Shown piece after piece: positions 27,025 through 40,539 of a stretch of DNA of 64,000 nt. This DNA comes from Eledone cirrhosa. Lineage: Eukaryota. A model generated the notes under the pieces. The model was not told the origin of the DNA, searched no databases, and saw only the letters and a program-made list of their open reading frames with translations. Position 1 is the first letter of the stretch; each line of letters begins with the position of its first letter. Location of the stretch: contig OZ024740.1 in the NCBI GenBank assembly GCA_964016885.1, positions 247,504,001 to 247,568,000 of the forward strand. Reading direction: 5' to 3'. The position numbers and the translations under genes were made by a program.

Positions 27025-27210
27025 TTGCTTCTACTTTTTGAACAAGGCCAGCAATTACCACCAGTGCATTACTGGTGCTTTATTTTATCGACCCTGTAAG
27101 GATTAAGGGCAAAGTTAACCACGGCGGGATTTGAACTCAGACCGTAAAGAGGCGTAACTCTATGCTGCAATGCATGGCGTCCGACCCTCTACCAATACTG
27201 CCAATACTAC
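27025..27210 (-). mobile_element. SINE
   Basis: Same family as 18125-18300. Confidence 0.75.
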
Positions 27211-28159
27211 GGGATTTCTCTTGAAAATTTATCGTTCACATAAGGAATTTTTTTTTTTCAAAAAACTTTCAGAATATCCGGTTTCTCTCACCTGCAAACA
27301 CGCGCTCAACATGAATAGTATTTTTCATAATTCAATTGTATAAATACCATACAGTTAATTCATCTGTATTAAATAAAGAAACAGGATTAAATGAAAGTGA
27401 AACAATTTTATTTAATTAGAAACTTTTAATGAACACATTATTTTCCCTTTCTTCTTAATATAATGTAATTAAGAGAATTTTTCAATTAATAGGAAGTGGA
27501 GTGTCGGCAGGTAAACGACCAATGGAAATAAATCATTCTCATAATGTATAGAACCCAAAGTGCTTAGAGGTAATCCTCACATACAAATATTAGAGCTGGC
27601 CAAGAAAAATACTTGAAACTATAAGTCAATGACATTAACAATTGTGAAGAATTTCAGCTTCATGGCATTAGATGTGTAAATATCATAACCTTAGGAATAC
27701 TGAACACTGTCATGTCAGCATCACATGTTGCACAACTTTTTAGGGTTGGGTTAAACCGGTAGAGGCAGAAATAAAAAGATGGCGTATGTTACGTCATTCG
27801 GCATCCTACATGAAATTGGTCAAGAAACAAAACAGGATCACCGTTCTTCTGTTTCTGTTGCTCTCAATACTCGCCTGCTTTTGTTAGTATAGGATATTGT
27901 AAGGATAAAAAATATCTTTTCATGCTACTATTGACAAGAACTCCATTAATAAAAGAAATTTTATGTTACAGAGACACTGGAAAATAGTAACTTTAAATAG
28001 AAATACAAGTACAAAGTAAAACATAAAAGAGACAAAAATATGAGCACTGAATATCTAAGTCGAGTTACGGAAGGTATCAAAATATGAACAAAGCTTAAAG
28101 AGAGGCAGTTAAAATTAACTGAATAAATAGGAGTTACAATTACTATACACATGGTTCAA

Positions 28160-28625
28160 GCCTACGACGCTGCAGGCTTCCCTTCCCAGCTCGAGCCGGT
28201 GGGTCTGGATCGAGGGGACGGCAAAAGGCCAGATGGCATGACGATCTTCCCGTTCCGCGTTGGCAAACCCCTCGTCTGGGATGCCACTTGCACCGACACT
28301 TTCTCCAGCCGCAACCTGGTGCAGTCTGCGACTGACCCAGGCTCTGCTCCACGTTGGGCTGAAGGGGCCAAACTCCTCAAATACCGGTCGCTCTCCGAAA
28401 GGTTTGCGGTCGTACCCCTGGCAGTGGAGACTTCTGGTGTCCTCGGCCCCAGGGCTACTTCCTTACTCATCATCATAGGCGCTGATCTGGCCAGCCACAG
28501 GTGTCAGCCCCGCGACTTGGAGTGGCTCTTCCAGCGCGTCTCCCTCGCCGTCATCCGGGGAAATGCCTTCTCTATTCTGTCCGCCAGGGCTGTGGGTGGG
28601 CCCCATCGCGTACCGTTGTAGTTGT
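28160..28625 (+). mobile_element. 3' end of a non-LTR retrotransposon with restriction-like endonuclease (CRE-like)
   Basis: LEPVGLDRGDGKRPDGMT...LVWDATCTDT...KLLKY...VPLAVETSG...QRVSLAVIRGNA; a GC-rich island. Confidence 0.85.
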
Positions 28626-29354
28626 TGTAGAAGAAACAGGAAGACAACAACTGTAGATTATAAGATAAGTGTCACTGTGTATTCATATATAGACACACAC
28701 ACACAAGCACAGACACATATATCTCTAGTAAATATCCTTTTGAAACATACCGAGTATTGGCAAGTCACTTTACATATCTGATCTAAATGCCGTTTCATGG
28801 CACCTTTTTTATCTACACTGACACAATTGCTTCGAATTGGTGGAAGGATAACAAGATATTTAAAACGAAGCAAGACATTTGTTTGAAAGACCATACTTTA
28901 CTTTTATAAATACACTCACGGCACTGGATTCAAAAAAATAACTTAAGGAAAAAGAAACAGTTAATCAGTGATCTAACTCAGAGCATATTCTATGTGGTGC
29001 TTCAAATAAAGGTATTCCAAGTCTTTTAAATGTTTGTGTAACAAGGATTAAATCCATATCGACGGACCTACCATTGTTGCTACTTTCGAAATGAAGAGGT
29101 GGACCACACACATACACACACACCACCTGCAACCAACTTCTAAACAAGACCATACAGTCTAAACATTAAAAAATGACCCTGCTACATACGATGTCATCAA
29201 TGATGAGGCGAAGCATATAGTTACTACCCTCAAAGTAGAAAACAAGTTGGAATGTTTAGCTTATATTACAATTAAGGATCATAAGGATGACTTCACTAAA
29301 AAAACAACTTACAGACTCATAACCCCTGCCACAACTGAATTAGAACTGGTTTGT

Positions 29355-29640
29355 GAAGTGCGTAGCCTTGTGGTAAAGGTGTTGGACTTATGACCATGAC
29401 GTTGTGGGTTCAATTCCTGGACTGGGTTGTGTTCTTGAGCAAAACACTTCATTTCATGTTGCTCCAGTATACTCAACTGAAAATGAGTACCAGCAGTAGC
29501 TGGGGGTTTAATCCTGCGGTGGTCTGGCGTACTGTCAATGGGGGGGAGGGGGGTTATAGTACTTTTAGTCGCTTAACACTATGAAAACCGGGATAAGCAC
29601 CGGCATGATGAACCTCCGTGCTTGAGACAGACTTTAGACT
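29355..29640 (+). mobile_element. tRNA-derived SINE
   Basis: tagccttgtggtaaagg (A box), gggttcaattcc (B box), ttgagcaaaacacttcatttc body. Confidence 0.72.
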
Positions 29641-30021
29641 TATACTTTAGTGGAGATATACTTAAAAACATTAATATAGCTATTAAACAACATTCCAACC
29701 TTAATCAGTGGAATAATAGTCAAGTAGTCATAAATTAGATTAACTTCATCAAATACTCTAATAATGCGAACTTTACACAAATCAATAGATTTAGACCGGT
29801 TAGTAATATCGCACTGTAGGAAAACCATCCTCTTTAATAATGAGGATCTCTGGATAAAGAAATCCACTAACAAAGACCTATTCGATGTGCCGATGTTTGC
29901 GATTTGGTGGGTCTTCCTTATCTTAGATACACTTCGTAAAAATTTCCTTGACTTCCTTAGGGATATTTACCATGATGAAAGTCTGGCATTATTAAGATAT
30001 AAGGGTAGCCATAGCCTCGAG

Positions 30022-30023
<2 letters not shown>

Positions 30024-30052
<29 letters not shown>

Positions 30053-30136
30053 CTTCTTCTTCTTCTTCTTCTTCTTCTTCTTCTTCTTCTTCTTCTTCTT
30101 CTTCTTCTTCTTCTTCTTCTTCTTCTTCTTCTTCTT
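30024..30136. repeat. (TTC)n microsatellite
   Basis: Pure trinucleotide run. Confidence 0.98.
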
Positions 30137-30139
30137 GAG

Positions 30140-31060
30140 AGGGCTCTGAGAGTATCGGGAGGGGGGATCTCAAACACACCTTCCAGCAGGTCCTGTCAAA
30201 AGCAACCGTCTCCAAGACGTAGTGGCTCTACTTGGTGTGACTGTAGTGTCTTACGTTACTCCAAAGACCCTTCGGCAGAACCCCATTTCGGCCACATGTA
30301 TTCGTGATCGTATTCCTTTAGTCATTTCCAATGATTCATGACCATCTGTAAGATTTGGCAGGAATACGGATTTGAAGATAACGAGTTTGGCTTTTACACC
30401 TACCTCCCTTCTTCTGATTACTGAATGCTGAAGTCGGCACATTACTGCACTAGCTCCTGCAATTCTTGTACTTAATTCAGCCTCTTGCTTTCCATCACTC
30501 ATAAACACGTCCCCGAGATACCTGAACGTCTCCACCTGCTTCAATGGAACACCATTCACAGTTAGTGTGCACTGCGCAGGCTTCCTTGAGAGGAGGCATT
30601 TTCGCAACACTGATTTTCATTCTAGCCATGCAGCACTCGGCATCAAACCTATCTAGGGCAAGTGGAAGTTCACATCCTGTCGAGTTAAGTAACACCATGT
30701 CGTCTGCAAATTCCAGCCGGTTGATTTTACATCCGCCAGTCGTGATACCTCTTCCAGCCCGGCTACGCATGTTAATCCTGTTCATGAAAATAATGAACAG
30801 GAGAGGTAACAGTTCTCACCCTTGGAGGAATCCGACCCCCATATTGAACGGTTTCGGTTTAGCACCATTTATTCAAATACAAATATTGGACATTCGTATA
30901 GAGGAATCAAGGGCAGCAAGAAGCTGACGATCGATCCCATACTCCCGAAGAACCTTCTACAGCAGGTCCCGAGGAATGCAGTCATATGCCTTCTCAAGGT
31001 CGACAAAACAAGAATATACCTCTTGGAAATACTCCCACGATTTCTCAAAGACCTGGCACG
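30140..31060 (-). mobile_element. RTE-clade LINE RT fragment, decayed
   Basis: FVDLEKAYD, GVGFLQG, RLEFADDMVLL, KQVETFRYLG. Confidence 0.8.
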
Positions 31061-31525
31061 CTTAGAATAAAACTTATTGCCGTCTTTATCAATCCAGAAC
31101 TAAAGATTACCATCTTTACCAATGTCACTCACGTTAATTTCCTAGATATTTACTTACATGCACTTACAGACTATTCCACAAACCCAGTGAAAAACTTAAA
31201 TATATTCATAAGACTCTAACACCACCCCTATAGTCTTTAAAAATATCTCATTAATAAAATATCATTAATATCAGCAAGAGTGTTACCAACTTATTTTTTA
31301 GTAAAGTCATCTTCGACAAGCCATCTCTTTGCTACAACTCCAGATCACCGCCCTATATCTAACAAGAAAAAATCAAGGTATAAAGCATCACGTGGTTAGC
31401 TCCACCATTTGCGCCAACGTTAGGACTGATGTAGTTGGAACATTATTAGCACTGTTAGATCTTCTCTTCCCTTGGGCCATAACTACCGGCAAATATTCAA
31501 CCACCACACTATGAAGATAGCCTGT

Positions 31526-31578
<53 letters not shown>

Positions 31579-31579
31579 C

Positions 31580-31740
31580 GAAGGACGTGTGGTAAGGAAA
31601 CAGATGGACCATAATGCACCAGAGTACTCAATACTTAGGGTAGTAGAGTGGGTAATAGGAAAATGTTTGACCCCGACGGCAGTACTCAAGCCGTCGAATC
31701 GGCTTGAGCTCTGCCGTCGGGGTCAAACATTTTCCTATAT
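31580..31740. repeat. Short repeat ending in a long hairpin (family also at 39178-39352)
   Basis: Shared 5' part gtggtaaggaa...ggaccataa...agtactcaatacttagggtagtagagtg, followed by self-complementary arms gaccccgacggc...gccgtcggggtc. Confidence 0.85.
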
Positions 31741-31974
31741 ATATATATATCTTGATTCCCTATATGTATGTTGATGTCCTAAGGACAGACACTGGTCTGT
31801 TGGAGACGCAGGTCATGGCAGCGATAATGAGGGACAGAGACTGCTGGAGAGAACTCGTCTATGGATCTCGGGAATTTTACCCGCCCTAGAAATATATATA
31901 CACACACACATAAATATATACACACACTCTCATATATACATATACATCTGTACGCGTGGCTTATCGAACATTAA

Positions 31975-32160
31975 TAATTGTTTCTACTTTTGGCACAAGG
32001 CCAGCAATTACTTAGTGCATTACTGGTACTTTATTTTATCGACCCTGTAAGGATGAAAGGCAAAATTAACCTCGATGGGATTTCAACTCAGACCGTAATG
32101 GGACGTAACTATGCTGGGAAGCATGGCATCCGACTCTCTACCGATACTGCCAATTCCCCG
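31975..32160 (-). mobile_element. SINE
   Basis: Same family as 18125-18300. Confidence 0.75.
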
Positions 32161-32334
32161 CCCTCGAACATTAATAATAATGCTCGATTCGTTTGTAAAC
32201 AAACGGCCCAGTTTGAAGCAGTCCCGTGCCGGTGACCCATCGTCAGCTGTTAGTTCAAATAAGACTACTTAGCCGATGTGTACTTAAGAAAATACTATAT
32301 ATGTTCAACTATTCAACAGACTGGCAGAAGTATA

Positions 32335-32375
32335 CAGTCCTGATGAAGGGAAATGACCCAGAAACATGTTGATTG
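32335..32375 (+). ncRNA. Minimal type I hammerhead ribozyme inside a small inverted-repeat element (32164-32486)
   Basis: cagtc-CTGATGA-a-ggg-aaatga-ccc-a-GAA-ACATGT-T-gattg with palindromic stem III. The arms resemble the 23.3-kb family. Confidence 0.78.
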
Positions 32376-33239
32376 TTCCTCAAAGGCAGTGTTGAACAAA
32401 CAGGTGACTATCATTCACCGGCACGGCACAGCTTCCAATCGGGCCCTTCGTTTACAAACGAATCGATCATTAATATTAATGTTCGATATAACTCACACAT
32501 ACATATATATATCTATATATGTGTGTATATGTTTGTGTGTGTATGTATATTATATATATGTGTGTGTATATTAATGTGTGTGTGTATATATATATATATA
32601 CATATATATACATATATATATAATTAGAAATTTCTTCTCGCCGCATGGAGAATTAAGAAAGATAAAACAATAGAAAAAAGTTGAGGAACGTAAAATAAAC
32701 AGAGAATCATAGCGTCGTAATCACCCTCTAACCCCATGATTTCGCGTGGGAACAAAACAAGAGAGCAGTGGAAATACATTCATAGTGGGCTGCCACTGAC
32801 CGGAAAAGAGGTAGTTACCTATTATGACGGAAACAGCAGCAACAGCAGAAGAGAAGGCAGCAAAAGTAGCAGCCAAATCATTTAGCCTATATATGTGTGT
32901 ATATATATATGTTTGTGTGTGTATGTATATTATATATATGTGTGTGTATATATATGTGTGTGTGTATATATATATACATATATATACATATATTTCTACC
33001 CATGGAGATTTTAGAAAGTATAGATGAGTTCTAAGGGCAGGTAATTTCGAATTGAGACAAATACCTTCAATATAGTAAATAAAAATGGAGGTAACTATGG
33101 AAAAACGAAAGTAGCCAACTTGTGTTTCACAGGGAGCCCAGAGTTCAAGTTGAAAAGTCTAAAAAAATAAATCAAATTTCTCTGGCCTAGACAACTTTCA
33201 GAACAAATTTTGCTTCATGAGGACAATGATTAAAGCAGC

Positions 33240-33470
33240 CTGGCCGCATATCTAAGCAATGTTTCTTTGAAGGCAATTGTGACAGTATATTCCACTTCTC
33301 TGAACTACACAACTGACAAATTTTCGCCCCTTTGACATAGTGGCCAGATCTTTCCAATTAATGGAAAATGATGTGCCCTTATCTTTGAGGTTCCACACAT
33401 GGTTCGCGTGGTTCGTGGTTTGTTTTTTGTCAGGATGTCTGAAGGTCGTTTCATGGTTAAGGAAACGGCT
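33240..33470 (-). mobile_element. PLE GIY-YIG remnant
   Basis: NHETTFRHPDKKQTT...ANHVWNLKDKGTSFSINWK. Confidence 0.6.
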
Positions 33471-33849
33471 TTCTGTTAAGTTAAAGCTTTCCTGTTAAGT
33501 TAAAGCTTCAGTGTGGTGTTCTGATTGGTAAAGATATTGGGTGACAAGATGTATGACAAGTCTGATCCTTTGAATTACAGATACAGTTCAGCCGATCAGC
33601 TTCCGAACAGCTTCTGTCATCCAATTTCCATCACATAACTTAGTTCGACGTGTCACTATGGCAAAATACATTTGTCTAAGGAACCACGCAGTAGGATGAA
33701 ACCCAGAAGCTCATTATTGTGAAGTAAACATCTAAACCACAATTACCTCCAGAAAGAGTGAAAGTGAGAGAGAGAAGGGGAGAGGAGAAGAGAGAAAGAG
33801 ATAGTTAGACAGATAGGTAGATAGAGAGAAAGGTAGATAGATAGATAAA

Positions 33850-36038
33850 TTTCTTTATTAGCCACAAGGGCACAACAGAAGGGGACAAATACAAATGGGG
33901 AGTTTACATAGAGGTATATGAAAATAAAACTATTAATAAAATAACAAATAAAGAAATGTAGATAGATAGCTATATATATAGATAGATTTCTTTATTTACC
34001 ATAAAGGCATAAAAAGAAGGGACAAATACAAAGGGGGAGTTTACATATAATCGAGTAAAAAGGGTGTAACATGAAAATAATCGAAAATAACCTCAAAAGG
34101 GAGGGGACGTGATGGGGGTTGCACACACCCCCGAAAAAGTGTGCAATCCTTTGCCCGGGGAGCACATGGAGAAGGTGCTCCCCTCTCCTTTACTTCTTTA
34201 CCTACAGGATGGTATACAGAGAAGGCCCATTTACACGAGCCATTCTCGCCACTATCACCCACCTTTCATAAAACTGCCTGTGGCCAAGCACCTCTCTCTC
34301 CATTCTTATCCTTCTTCCGAAGTGATATCGGAAGAAGTAGACCAGACTATGGCCAGAGAGGAAGTTGCCTGACCTCAGACCTTTCAATCGTGTCCACCAA
34401 ACAACCTCTTTCAACATGGCTATTACGCACAGAAAAACCGCCTTTGCTTCCTTTGTGAAGAGGGGAGGCGGTTTGATTGTCATCACGGACTCGGCGGTCA
34501 ATTTAATCGGCGCCACCCGCGACAGCAGTTGTTCGGTGTAGCCCCACAGATCAGCCACGCCCGGACATTGCACCAATGCGTGCGCTACGGTTTCTTCGTG
34601 ACGCACGGATCTAGGGCAAATCTTTTTTGAGGGATCCCTGCCCGGGCGCCCGTGTCTGTAGAGCCTCTCTCGAACGGGTAGAGCCCCTCGGTAGCACTGC
34701 CAGGCCAGTGACTTCTGGAAGTTGTCCATTGGTCCTGGGCCGAAAGTCCTACCGAACAGGCTGGCCAGTTCGTCTTCTTCCATGTCCAGCGACTCTCCAA
34801 GGGTGTCATCGCCCCTGCTAGCCACCAGCCCTCTATAACTATATATATAGATATATTTCTTTATTAGCCACAGGGGCACAAAAGAAGGGGACAAATACAA
34901 AGGGGGAAGTTTACATACAATAAAAACGTGTAAAATGTTATCACAGATGGAATTTAAAAGTTAGTCGATTTTCCCTAATAGAGGGAGACAGTTTATATGG
35001 GTAACACATACCCCCGAAAAAAATGTGCAACCCTCATCTCCAGGAGTACGAAGAGCTTGTACTCCTTTCCTCTCCTCCTCCTTTTCCTCAATCTACAGGC
35101 TGATATAGAGAGAAGGCCCATTCACTCGGGCCATTCTCGCCACTTTCACCCACCTTTCATAAAACTTGCTGGGGTACAGCACCTCTCTCTCCATCCTGAT
35201 TCTTCTTCCAAAGTGGTATTTGAAAAAAAGAATCAGTTGTTGGCCGGAGAGAAAGGTGTCTGACCTCAGCCCTTTCAACCTTGTCCACCATACAACCTCT
35301 TTCGCCATAGCTATCACACAAAGGAAAACCGCCTCTCCTTCGTTTTTGAAGGAGGGTGGCGGTTTGATCATGACAATGGACTCGGTGGTCAACTGGATTG
35401 GTCCCACCCGCGACAATAGTCGTTCTACATATCCCCACAGGTCAGTGACGCCCGGGCAGTGTATGAATGCGTGCGCGACGGTTTCTTCGTCTCGCACGCA
35501 CCTCGGACAGATCTTTTTTGCAGGGTCCCTGCCCGGGCGCCCATGTCTGTAGAGCTTGTCTCGAACTGGTAGAGCTCCTCGGTAGCACTGCCAGGCCAGG
35601 GACTTTTGGAAGTTGTCCATCGGTCCCGGGCGGAAGGTCCTACCGAACAGACTGGCCAGTTCATCTTCCTCCACGCCCAGAGTTTCACCGAGCGCATCGT
35701 CGCACTTGCTGCGGACCAACCCTCTATAGAATGACGAAGTGGAGTCTCCACTGATCGCCGGGTCCGCCTGCCAGAGGGCTGTGAGCGCCTGAGCACATTC
35801 GATGTGCCAGTCGCCCATTTTCCTCGGTCTCTGCTTGACCCAGGACTGCAGCTCGGTCAGTGAGACGAGTCGTGGGAAGGCTCGCCTCACGAACGGGGCC
35901 CACACCGGTTGTCCGGTGAGGAATACGTAGAGATGCCGCAGCCTGAGCGCGTGTTTGCGCATCGTCAACCACGGCATCCCCAGCCCTCCGTTAGAAGGGT
36001 GTTGGCAGCAGATGGATCTTCTTACCAAAGGAGCCCGC
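33850..36038 (-). mobile_element. Tandem stack of 5'-truncated Tx1/L1-clade LINEs (3' ends near 33850, 33985 and 34855)
   Basis: ORF2 C-termini with GGLGMP, LAWQCYRGALPV and CPRC...ETVAHA...C zinc knuckle; repeated 3' ends taataaagaaat; flanked by (GATA)n and (TA)n. Confidence 0.9.
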
Positions 36039-36066
36039 CTAGATAGATATATAGATATATATATAT

Positions 36067-36102
<36 letters not shown>

Positions 36103-36103
36103 T

Positions 36104-36173
<70 letters not shown>

Positions 36174-36359
36174 GATACACACACTCACCGACGCAGGTGT
36201 ATACATGTGCGTAGGTTTGCGTGTAGCTAAGCATGTTTTATCTCTTCCATACCTTCTGGAACCTTCCTTCCCCCCTCTAGCTGTATATATACATATATGT
36301 GTGTGTGTGCGCGCGTGTGTGTTTCTATATCTATTTATCTATATCTATCTACCTATATA

Positions 36360-36416
<57 letters not shown>

Positions 36417-37019
36417 ATGTGTGTGTGTATACACACACACACATATATATATAGGCATATATAAATACAAGATAATCCATTACAGTTGTTACTTGTTAAG
36501 ATACCGTTAAACAACAACGATGAGACTTTCCAGTAAGTAACAAACCTGCTTTTGTCATCTTTTAGAATCATCAATCTTATTGCTGTTATTATTGTTATTA
36601 TTTACCTCCAGGTCACTATTATTCAAACATTATATCTGGTGGAAATAACGCCTCTTCAGTCCACGTTTGACCTGATATACCTCTTCCCCTTCACGTAATG
36701 AAGCTTTTCAACCCTTAAGTTTAAGGCGCCTGGGTTAATATGTATTAGGCTATAACACTGACCTAAAGCGTTTAAAGAAGGTGTCTCAGAAGGGAAATGG
36801 AGGTCAGATTATTTCCACTAGTTATAATACTAATCTCTAACACAATTTATGGGCTGCTATTAATTTTTATTTTTGTCAAAATGCTTATGTATATAATAGT
36901 TTGTGAAACATGTGAATTAACATAAAATGTAGGGGGAGAAATATTTTCCTAAATTAGTATCAATATTGTTCTGTCGCTGGCGATAGAAAAGAAGTTTCAT
37001 ATATATGTCTCTCTCTCTC

Positions 37020-37096
<77 letters not shown>

Positions 37097-37124
37097 ATAT
37101 ATATATATATATATATTTGTATAT

Positions 37125-37677
37125 ATATATATATATATATACAAAAAAGTTGTTCCTGTCTGTTTGTTTGTGGGATTGTTAACGAACTCCTCTTTTGATT
37201 TGGGAGATAGACCCACATAACCATATATATTCTGAAACTACAATGTCCGGGGTACTTGGATAAGTATGTTTCATTTTAATCAAAGGTTCCCCGTGGTCAC
37301 AAACCTCCAAAATATTTTCCTTCGATTTATATGAAATTTAAACGATAGGTAAATGACAAGATATGATGCCTATTCACAAAATTTCAGCAAGTTACAATAA
37401 TGTTAAGACACCCTAATGGGGGTTAAACCCCCATAGTGAAAATTTTTGAAGCCCAAAACGTGAGTATTGGAACGTCTATTATCACGAGGTTTTTCTATTA
37501 ATTAAACGTAAACCAACAAAGCAATCACCTCTCTTTTATAGTGAAATTTGGCTCATTTAGACATTTTACCACTAGAACACCACTAGAATTATGACAACAA
37601 AAATGTATCAACAAAAATCAACATTTTCTTACAAAAAGAAATGTGTGAAATGTGAGCGGCGTGGGCAATTCGGCTAG
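37125..37677 (+). mobile_element. Non-autonomous Helitron-like element
   Basis: 5' tatatacaaaaaag...gtctgtttgtttgt; 3' GC-rich stretch followed by CTAG|t. Confidence 0.55.
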
Positions 37678-37699
37678 TATATATATATATATAGCATAC

Positions 37700-38450
37700 A
37701 TAGAGAGTATTTATATTCTTCCTTGATAGAGACAAGAAGGAAAAGGCCGATAAGATCAGTAACCTATGCAGAATCGCTGGCGCCCATACTCACGTCGAAT
37801 GGGGTACTATTGGATTTTTTAAATCCAAATAGAGTCGTCGAAATTAATCACCGACTTACGGGCATTGAGGATGACATCAACTTCGAAATCCTTAACCACT
37901 GTGAGTGTTTTAACGAAATTGATAGCTCTAAGGAGAAGTGGTAAAGTGATGGAGGAGTAGTAATTATTGATGTTGAATTGGATAAAACGGCAATGTTCCT
38001 TGTTGCATATGCCGTTGAACCAATCAATCACCGCGAAAGAATTGTTCCTCAGTGCGAGAGGGGCCAAACTTCTAATTTCAGGTATAATTCTATCAAGAAT
38101 CATTTTACTAAGTCTACCTAAATCGGACTTCGTAAGGTTAATAAGCCGAATAGAAGGGTTGTTCGGAAAATTGGATTTGTGATCCTTCAGGGTAAAGTGG
38201 GGAGGAAAATGGTCCAGAGGTTCAGTCCGGTCGAGGATGTTGAGATTAGAGGTGATTTTAAACCCAGCATCATTGATTTCATTAATGACGCACCGATTAA
38301 TTTTACGGTAATCCTTAGTTACAGCATTATGTAGCAGTTGATGGTAAGTACTGCTCTCCACTTGATATAGATTGCCAGTTTTGTCGGAATGGACGTGCAC
38401 GGCATTAGAATCCTTAATAGAACGAATTCTATTCTTCAGATCCTTTTTAT
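37700..38450 (-). mobile_element. Penelope-like RT N-terminal fragment
   Basis: HSDKTGNLY, TLKDHKSNF, IRLIN, QFNINNYYSSI, DVSMGASDSA. Confidence 0.88.
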
Positions 38451-39116
38451 GTGTATTTGGTGTATACATTCGTATGCCTGCGAGTACAAGCGTTGCGTGG
38501 GTTCTGTATGTACGTGCGGTTTTTTTTGTGTACGTGCGCGTATTTGTTTGCCTAGGGCGAGTGTTTTCGTGTATGCATGTGTATGTACGTATATGGATGA
38601 GTGTATGTATTTATTTCAATTGCCTCTGTATTTTATTTACTTTATTCTTAACTCTGAAGCCGAGAATCATTCGGTTTCCTAGTTATAATTTTAGTCTACG
38701 ACTCCAGTTATACCATTTACGTGGTTTTGTCATTGCGTGCAATTGTTCTCCCGCTCCACATATGACGTATTATCTTCGTTTTTTCCGTTCATTGCCTGAA
38801 AGCGTCTCTATGAACCACCTAATAGAATATTAGTCTACGACTTCTTTTATACCATAAACGTGGTTTTGTCTTTGCGTGTAATTGTTTTTCACCGCTCCAA
38901 ATAATGACGTATTATATTCGTTTTTTCCCGTTGTTTGCCAGGGAACATTTCCACGAACCAAAGTATCGTCTTCCTATCTTTCTCCGGTTACAACGTTTTT
39001 TGAAATATACACTTCTGCGTTCACAGATTGACTTTTTTAGTTCACAAGATCCCGTTAACAGTGAAAGCAGCGATTCTTTGCTTAAACTTTAATCTGTTAT
39101 TTAATAAATATATATA

Positions 39117-39177
<61 letters not shown>

Positions 39178-39348
39178 CGAGGGAAAAGTGGTAAGGAACC
39201 AGGTGGACCATAACGCACCAAAGTACTCAATACTTAGGGTAGTAGAGTGATAAATAGGAGTAAGTAAGACCCCGACGGCTGAGCTCAAGCCGTTTTGACA
39301 GAATTAGCCGTAGAAACGGCTTGAGCTCAGCCGTCGGGGTCTTACTTA

Positions 39349-39352
<4 letters not shown>
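39178..39352. repeat. Short repeat ending in an approximately 38-bp perfect hairpin
   Basis: gagtaagtaagaccccgacggctgagctcaagccgttt ... aaacggcttgagctcagccgtcggggtcttacttactc, between (TA)n tracts. Confidence 0.9.
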
Positions 39353-39440
<88 letters not shown>

Positions 39441-40539
39441 AGTAAATATAAATTAATATATATGATGAAACACAAATAACAACATATCTGTGTTTATATT
39501 GTAAAAGAAATTAAGTTAGCTAGAATGAAATATACTAATTATAATATTACAGTTTGCCTATCTCGATTTAAAATAATAAATCAATAAAAACAAACAGTAT
39601 TGGCAAATGGCCATTTTGTTTACACAAATTTAAATTTCAAAATCAAAACTGTTCCGTAGATAAGTTTAAACTTTAAAATCCAAATATGTTTCGAGATTAA
39701 TAAGTGTAAGGATATCATGTCCAGCTCACATCAGTAAACACCCTGAACAAATTGATATGCTTCACTTCTAAATATTTTAAAAGACTGTTTAACGCACATG
39801 GTTTAACATATGGTTTTCCAGTTTCTAGCCAGCCTCAAACTCGTACTGCTAGAAATAACAGCCGTATATATGGGGCTACTATCAGCTCAACGTAAGGAGC
39901 AATTATATTAAGTGTATTGAGTTCAAAACTCAAGCATTCCTTTACAATGAAATAGCTCAAAGAAATTTTTTTTTTCTTTGAGCTATTTCACACATATACC
40001 TTAAGAGAAACATAACAAGAATGATAGGCACGCAATATATGAACTGGTTTATAGAATTCTCTTGGCCTTTGTCACTCTAAGTAGAGCTTTAAAGAATTAG
40101 CTCTTAAAGAGTTTCCCTTTTCTTTAAATCCATCAACCATGACCGACCCCCAACAATCTTATAGACACCTGAAATATAGACATTGTTAGATTAAGAGAAA
40201 CTTAAAAATAAGGAGTGGCACGCCAATTTGAACTTGTTTATAGAATTCTTTCTGCCATTGTCACTCTAAATATAAATTATAGCCTTAAAGAATTAACTTT
40301 TAATGAATTCCCTTTTCTTTCAACCAATGACCTCCACCCATCCCACTCCCCTCCCTCTCCTGCCACCAGAAAAGATATAAATACCACAACATTTATTTTG
40401 GACAGCCACATTCCTGATGATTTCTAAAGAATGAAACAGTTCTAGTCCTGTATACATTCCGCACGCCATCTCACAGTCTGTGGCCTACTCCAGTGCCACG
40501 GAACACCCGCCAATCGCCTTACGGTCGAACAACGAACTA

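Larger units (their letters stand above)
29150..31520 (+). mobile_element. Old PLE RT remnant split by a SINE, (TTC)n and an RTE fragment
   Basis: YITIKDHKDDF (~29260), CRKTILFNNEDLWIKK...FDVPM (~29820), VNFLDI (~31135), HNYRQIFNHHTMKI (~31480). Confidence 0.65.

Noticed and set aside
27285-27330. Possible minus-strand first exon (MLSACLQ|gtgaga) for the chitinase
   Set aside because: Very short; a convincing signal peptide would need a frameshift, and no intervening exons support it.
38692-38960. Tandem ~140-bp duplication (another near 39995-40340)
   Set aside because: Two diverged copies only, with no spacer structure; not CRISPR-like and no function is evident.
40410-40455. CTGATGA-tttctaaagaat-GAAAC hammerhead-like core
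   Set aside because: Stem II is fine, but no stem I partner was found after a plausible cleavage site.
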